Shown in pieces: positions 59,883-64,000 of a stretch of 64,000 nt of DNA; position 1 is the stretch's first letter; each line of letters opens with the position of its first letter. The notes under the pieces are model-generated. The model searched no databases and had not been told where the DNA came from. It saw only the letters and a program-made list of their open reading frames with translations. Source of the DNA: Patescibacteria group bacterium (GTDB lineage Bacteria; Patescibacteriota; Patescibacteriia; CAIXNZ01); the NCBI GenBank assembly GCA_041651155.1, contig JBAZJU010000001.1, positions 261,596 to 325,595 of the forward strand, given 5' to 3'. A program made the translations under genes and the position numbers.

Positions 59883-61052
59883 CTATTTATTTTTGGGATC
59901 TCTTTTTTTGAGATGTTCCAATAATGCAGTATTATTACCTAGGCTTATTTTATAGATACTGACCGAGGTAATAATTTTACCCAATTTTTTCATCTCATCA
60001 GTTTGAATTTCTCTTCTCCAAACTTTGAGGAGTTTTTTTTCTACCTCATTGATGATTTTCCAGTATTGGCCGAGTAAATCGTGCTCCAAAGCATGTTTTT
60101 GAAAAGTTTTGAGTTCTTCGAGCGAGCGCATATCTATTTCCCCAACACCATATTCAGCTATTAGTGATTTGAGCACGTCAATTATGCCCTCGGTATTAAC
60201 TTCATATGATTTAGGCTTGAATTCTAGCACGAAGAATTTATCGTTGTCGACGAGATCCGTTGCATCTTGTGTATTAAAGTCAGGAAGTTGTATCTCTTCA
60301 AACATCAGGTCAATATTTTCATCGGAATCGTCAGCGGGAACACCTTCAATCTCGGCTTTTTTTAGGCGAGCTTCAATTGACGCGATGCTTTCTTTTTTTG
60401 GCAACGGCAGGCGTACTTCTAGGGGCTCATAGCTATCAAGATATTTGGCGTAGAGCTTGTCAAAGTCACTTAATCGTTCCGATGTTAAATTTTGGAATTC
60501 AAGTTTTAGCAGTTTTTTGAATTCAGCCGCATCAGTTTTGATTCTGTAGTTGATGATTTTTTTTATGGCACTGCCCATTTCTTTGCGAAAGACTATGACA
60601 TTCCTTTTTGTCGTGAGTTGATCTTGCAGCCCTCTTGTGTCCACCATGTAGGTTTCAATGATGGCACGTATGGTTGTAATGCGATCAATCTCCAAAAGGC
60701 GAATTGCATCTGCCTCATTCCGTTCCTCAGGAAGGCGATTCTCTAGCGCAAGATGATCCCACATATGCAGCGTTAAATCCGTGTGCAGCACTTCTTCCCA
60801 GATTTCTCTGTTATTGATGCCATAATGTTTCATTAAGGCATCAATTAATTTTAGTGCCTCCCACCTGGTTACCCAAGAGCCGACATTAAATAAGATTTGA
60901 GCAACCCCTTCCCATTTTTTTTTGAAGGTCAGTATCGCTAAGTTTAAGTCGTCGTATTGGATATCCTTCAATATTTGGATGGCGTCTCCCATCTCTATTT
61001 TTGATTCAAGGGCTAAACCAAAGATTTTTAATCTTGCTCGTTCTGAAATCAT
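59883..61052 (-). CDS. hypothetical protein
   Basis: 389 aa ORF, no recognisable motif. Confidence 0.4.
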   Translation of the reverse strand: MISERARLKIFGLALESKIEMGDAIQILKDIQYDDLNLAILTFKKKWEGVAQILFNVGSWVTRWEALKLIDALMKHYGINNREIWEEVLHTDLTLHMWDHLALENRLPEERNEADAIRLLEIDRITTIRAIIETYMVDTRGLQDQLTTKRNVIVFRKEMGSAIKKIINYRIKTDAAEFKKLLKLEFQNLTSERLSDFDKLYAKYLDSYEPLEVRLPLPKKESIASIEARLKKAEIEGVPADDSDENIDLMFEEIQLPDFNTQDATDLVDNDKFFVLEFKPKSYEVNTEGIIDVLKSLIAEYGVGEIDMRSLEELKTFQKHALEHDLLGQYWKIINEVEKKLLKVWRREIQTDEMKKLGKIITSVSIYKISLGNNTALLEHLKKRDPKNK

Positions 61053-61221
61053 TTTTTCCTCCTTGGCATTTAGTGCCTTTTGTTATCCATTGCCCAAGGG
61101 CAAAAGACGTTAATTGTATTGTTAAATTGCATTGTTTAACTCATTCATTAATGATTAAAATTATCATAAATTTTATAGTTTGTCAATATCATTAATATTT
61201 GCTAAGATTATACTAAATTAT

Positions 61222-61779
61222 ATGACTGAAAGAATTGAAAAAGTTTTAAAAAAACTGGAGGAATTAAATAAAGCAGGCGGCCAGTGGAATATCTCCAGGG
61301 AAACTGGTCTTTTTTTGCATAAATTAATTTTAGAAAAGAAGTCCGAAGTAATGGTGGAAATTGGCGCTTCTAATGGGTATTCTACAATTTGGTTGGCAGA
61401 TGCTGCGCAAAAAGTTAACGCTAAATTAATAACTTATGAGTTTGTACCGGAAAAAGTGCGCGATTTAGTTTCTAATTTACAAAAAGCTGATTTGATAAAA
61501 TACGTGCAAATAATTCCTGATGATGCCAATAAAAGGTTAGGGGAATTAGATGAAAGAATTGATTTTGTTTTTTTAGATGGCAGGAAAAATGAATATTTAC
61601 AGCAATTAAAACTACTGGAGCCAAAATTGAAATCGGGCGCTATTATTATTGCTGATAATGCCATTTCCCATAAGCACGTCATGGAAGATTATCTTTATTA
61701 TGTAGAGAATGAGAAAGCATATCAAAGCGAATTAAAGGATATTGGGGCTGGTTTGGAAATAAGCATTTATCAAGGATAA
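61222..61779 (+). CDS. class I SAM-dependent O-methyltransferase (caffeoyl-CoA OMT-like)
   Basis: VMVEIGASNGYSTIWLA ... VFLDGRKNEY. Confidence 0.6.
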   Translation: MTERIEKVLKKLEELNKAGGQWNISRETGLFLHKLILEKKSEVMVEIGASNGYSTIWLADAAQKVNAKLITYEFVPEKVRDLVSNLQKADLIKYVQIIPDDANKRLGELDERIDFVFLDGRKNEYLQQLKLLEPKLKSGAIIIADNAISHKHVMEDYLYYVENEKAYQSELKDIGAGLEISIYQG

Positions 61780-61853
61780 GCTGTTGCCTTGTCCTTTTTC
61801 TTTTTTCCAAGTATGATGAAAATAGAAGAATTAAAGTGAAGGGAGGAATTCAC

Positions 61854-62057
61854 ATGGCTAGTAAGCCTGAAAAAAAAGGAAAGTCGGATGAAGCAATAGC
61901 TGAGCAAGTAAATGCCTGGATTTCGTCACCAGAGGGTAACGCAGCCTTAGAAAAGGCGATAGCAGACTGTGATCAGACAGTTGCCGAGCTTAATAAAAAA
62001 CGTTCATTTAAACCGTCTGAACTTTTAAAAACATTTGGCCCAGTTGAGGGACAATGA
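61854..62057 (+). CDS. hypothetical small protein
   Basis: RBS gggagg; 67 aa. Confidence 0.35.
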   Translation: MASKPEKKGKSDEAIAEQVNAWISSPEGNAALEKAIADCDQTVAELNKKRSFKPSELLKTFGPVEGQ

Positions 62058-62085
62058 TGAAAAAATAAATCTGGAGGAGGACTTA

Positions 62086-62250
62086 ATGGCTAAGAGATCT
62101 AAAAGTGGTGAATCAAGAAAGACAAAGGGTAATCGGTCATTAGCGAATGGGCTGAAAAAAGCGGCTGAAAGATCAGAAAAATTAATAAATAGATTTGAAA
62201 AATCGTCTCGTGTTGACGAGAAAAGTTTAAATGAACCAATGACAATCTAA
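62086..62250 (+). CDS. hypothetical small basic protein
   Basis: RBS ggaggagg; 54 aa, Lys/Arg/Ser-rich. Confidence 0.35.
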   Translation: MAKRSKSGESRKTKGNRSLANGLKKAAERSEKLINRFEKSSRVDEKSLNEPMTI

Positions 62251-62456
62251 ATGCAATTAGGATGAGGCGCTAGCCTTGTCCTTTTTCTTTTTTAAAGGTA
62301 AGATTACTTTATGAAAATAAAAAAAATTCATTTCCAAAACAAATTTGATTACATTTCCGCTGGTGAGCAGGATTATTTAGGCCGTTTGAAAAAATATTTA
62401 GAGTTAGAAATTTTAAAAGTGAATGAATATTATAAATAATAAAATGCAGCTAATTT

Positions 62457-63107
62457 ATGTTTAAAAATAATGAGAATTTTTGCACGCTCTATCTGGTTAG
62501 ACATGGAGAGACGGAGTGGAATAAAAACGGAATTATTCAGGGTCAATTAGATTCTCCACTCACCAATGAAGGAATAAAACAAGTTCAACAAACGGCTAAT
62601 GATCTAAGGGATATTCATTTTGACGTTATTTTTTCTTCAGATTTACATCGGGCTCGAAAATCCGCGGAAATAATAAAGCTAGAAAGACAACTGGCTATCC
62701 AGACCTCAAGAGCTTTAAGGGAGCGAACATTTGGTCACTATGAAGGAACCCCTGGAGAAAAATACAGAGAAAAATTTCAGCAGCTTTTTGAAATGGTTAA
62801 GAAACTTTCTGACGAGGATCATAAGGCATTTAAGTTTGATGATGATATTGAAAGTGATGAGGAAGTCATTGGCAGGTTTATAACTCAATTAAGAGAAATT
62901 GCCGTTGCTTATCCCAATAAAACTGCAATTGTAGTTACTCACGGCGGTTGTATTAGGACATTTTTAATGCACATGGGATATATTAAATATAGTGAATTAC
63001 CGGTTGGCGCCTTCTTAAAAAATGCCGGCTATGTAAAAGTTCTATGTGATGGCATTGATTTTTTTATCCAAGAAGTAAAAGGCGTTAATAAGCAAACACA
63101 AAAATAA
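62457..63107 (+). CDS. histidine phosphatase (phosphoglycerate-mutase-like) family protein
   Basis: LVRHGETEWN catalytic motif. Confidence 0.7.
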   Translation: MFKNNENFCTLYLVRHGETEWNKNGIIQGQLDSPLTNEGIKQVQQTANDLRDIHFDVIFSSDLHRARKSAEIIKLERQLAIQTSRALRERTFGHYEGTPGEKYREKFQQLFEMVKKLSDEDHKAFKFDDDIESDEEVIGRFITQLREIAVAYPNKTAIVVTHGGCIRTFLMHMGYIKYSELPVGAFLKNAGYVKVLCDGIDFFIQEVKGVNKQTQK

Positions 63108-63119
63108 AAAAAGGGATTT

Positions 63120-63569
63120 TTAGTCCCTTTTTAGGTGCATTTCATTAATTTGCATAATTCGTCGGAAGTGCCTTTTCTCACGGGAGAATTTTGTAGTAAG
63201 CCAAATCCCAATGATTCTGATGATTTGTTCTTGGCTCATTTGTTTGGCACCCAAGCATAAGACATTAGCATTATTATGTTCACGGCTTAGTCTGGCTACC
63301 TCTTCGTTGTAGACCAGGGCTGCTCTGATTCCCGGGTAGCGATTAGCTACAATTGACATGCCAATACCTGTTCCACAAATTAGAATGGCTCTATCCATTT
63401 CACCTTTGAGAACTGCCTCAACTGCCGACTGTGCGAATTGAGGATAATCAACTGGTTCATCTGAAAAACAGCCGAAATCTACTACGTTTACTGGGGAATT
63501 TTTTAAAGCAGCTTTGACTGCTTCTTTCACTTTAAATCCGCTATGATCACTTGCAATTACTATTTTCAT
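63120..63569 (-). CDS. rpiB: ribose-5-phosphate isomerase B
   Basis: KIVIASDHSGF ... ILICGTGIGMSIVANR. Confidence 0.85.
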   Translation of the reverse strand: MKIVIASDHSGFKVKEAVKAALKNSPVNVVDFGCFSDEPVDYPQFAQSAVEAVLKGEMDRAILICGTGIGMSIVANRYPGIRAALVYNEEVARLSREHNNANVLCLGAKQMSQEQIIRIIGIWLTTKFSREKRHFRRIMQINEMHLKRD

Positions 63570-63618
63570 TTTAATCCTCCTTTACTTGACCTTAAATCAA
63601 CTAATAAATATTGTCAAT

Positions 63619-64000
63619 ATGCGAAAAATTAAAAAAACAATAGTTATTTCACTAGGCGGTTCATTAATCTCGCCTTATGAAATTGATGTTGATTATTTAA
63701 AGAAATTCAAAAAGATAATTGAGAAGTTTGTTAAGCGGGGTTTTCGCTTTGTGATCGTGACCGGTGGCGGAAAAATTTGTCGCAAATACAATCAGGCAGC
63801 CAGGGAATTAAATAAAAAAGTGAAACCAGTTGAATTGGACTGGCTGGGAATTAAAGCAACTAAAGTAAATGCAGAATTAGTCAGGGTGATGTTTGCTAAG
63901 AAGGCGTATTTTAAAGTTATTGATAAGCCCGACACAAAAATTAAAGGATCTCAACCGATTATAATTGCTGGGGGCTGGAAGCCAGGCGCTTCTTCGGATA
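63619..64000 (+). CDS. pyrH: amino-acid-kinase family protein, probably UMP kinase (5' part; continues beyond window end)
   Basis: IVISLGGS ... VIVTGGG motifs; truncated by window. Confidence 0.55.
   Translation, partial: MRKIKKTIVISLGGSLISPYEIDVDYLKKFKKIIEKFVKRGFRFVIVTGGGKICRKYNQAARELNKKVKPVELDWLGIKATKVNAELVRVMFAKKAYFKVIDKPDTKIKGSQPIIIAGGWKPGASSD

Overview
This low-GC, gene-dense window looks like a chromosome segment from a Patescibacteria/CPR-type bacterium. That placement is inferred only from gene content and style. Coding density is high, TGA is used as a normal stop, and no tRNA, rRNA or CRISPR array was found. Core genes recognised by eye from motifs: secE-nusG-rplK-rplA, dut/tmk/thyA-like/dCMP-deaminase, typA, gyrB, ftsW, rplY, prmC-prfA, rpmE, rpsB-tsf, gap, pgk, eno, two tandem gpmI copies, mutM, mltG, rsmE and rpiB. 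Embedded among them are: (i) a more G+C-rich island (about 12.2-17.7 kb) with a strong promoter, a roughly 1-kb ORF-poor structured leader, a Ro60/Rsr-type TROVE+vWA protein and two unknown proteins, which I read as a candidate Ro60 / Y-RNA-like RNP module; (ii) a group-3b-like [NiFe] hydrogenase (hydB, hydG, hydD, hydA) whose four structural genes are scattered over about 13.6 kb by inserted genes; (iii) three cassettes encoding four-helix-bundle (23S-IVS-type) proteins, two of them flanked by repeats; (iv) a dispersed family of MITE-like palindromes built from TTGTAAGACAA units, and a second family of CCTTCG...CGAAGG palindromes with compensatory substitutions; (v) two tandem paralogous promoter-structure-terminator units that look like sRNA genes; (vi) an intact IS481-like insertion whose transposase reads through its inverted repeat into rpmE; (vii) a duplicated prmC 3' end flanking an inserted gene, and duplicated zf-HC2-like small-protein cassettes. 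Every family assignment comes from motif recognition in the translated ORFs. No database search or RNA folding was run.
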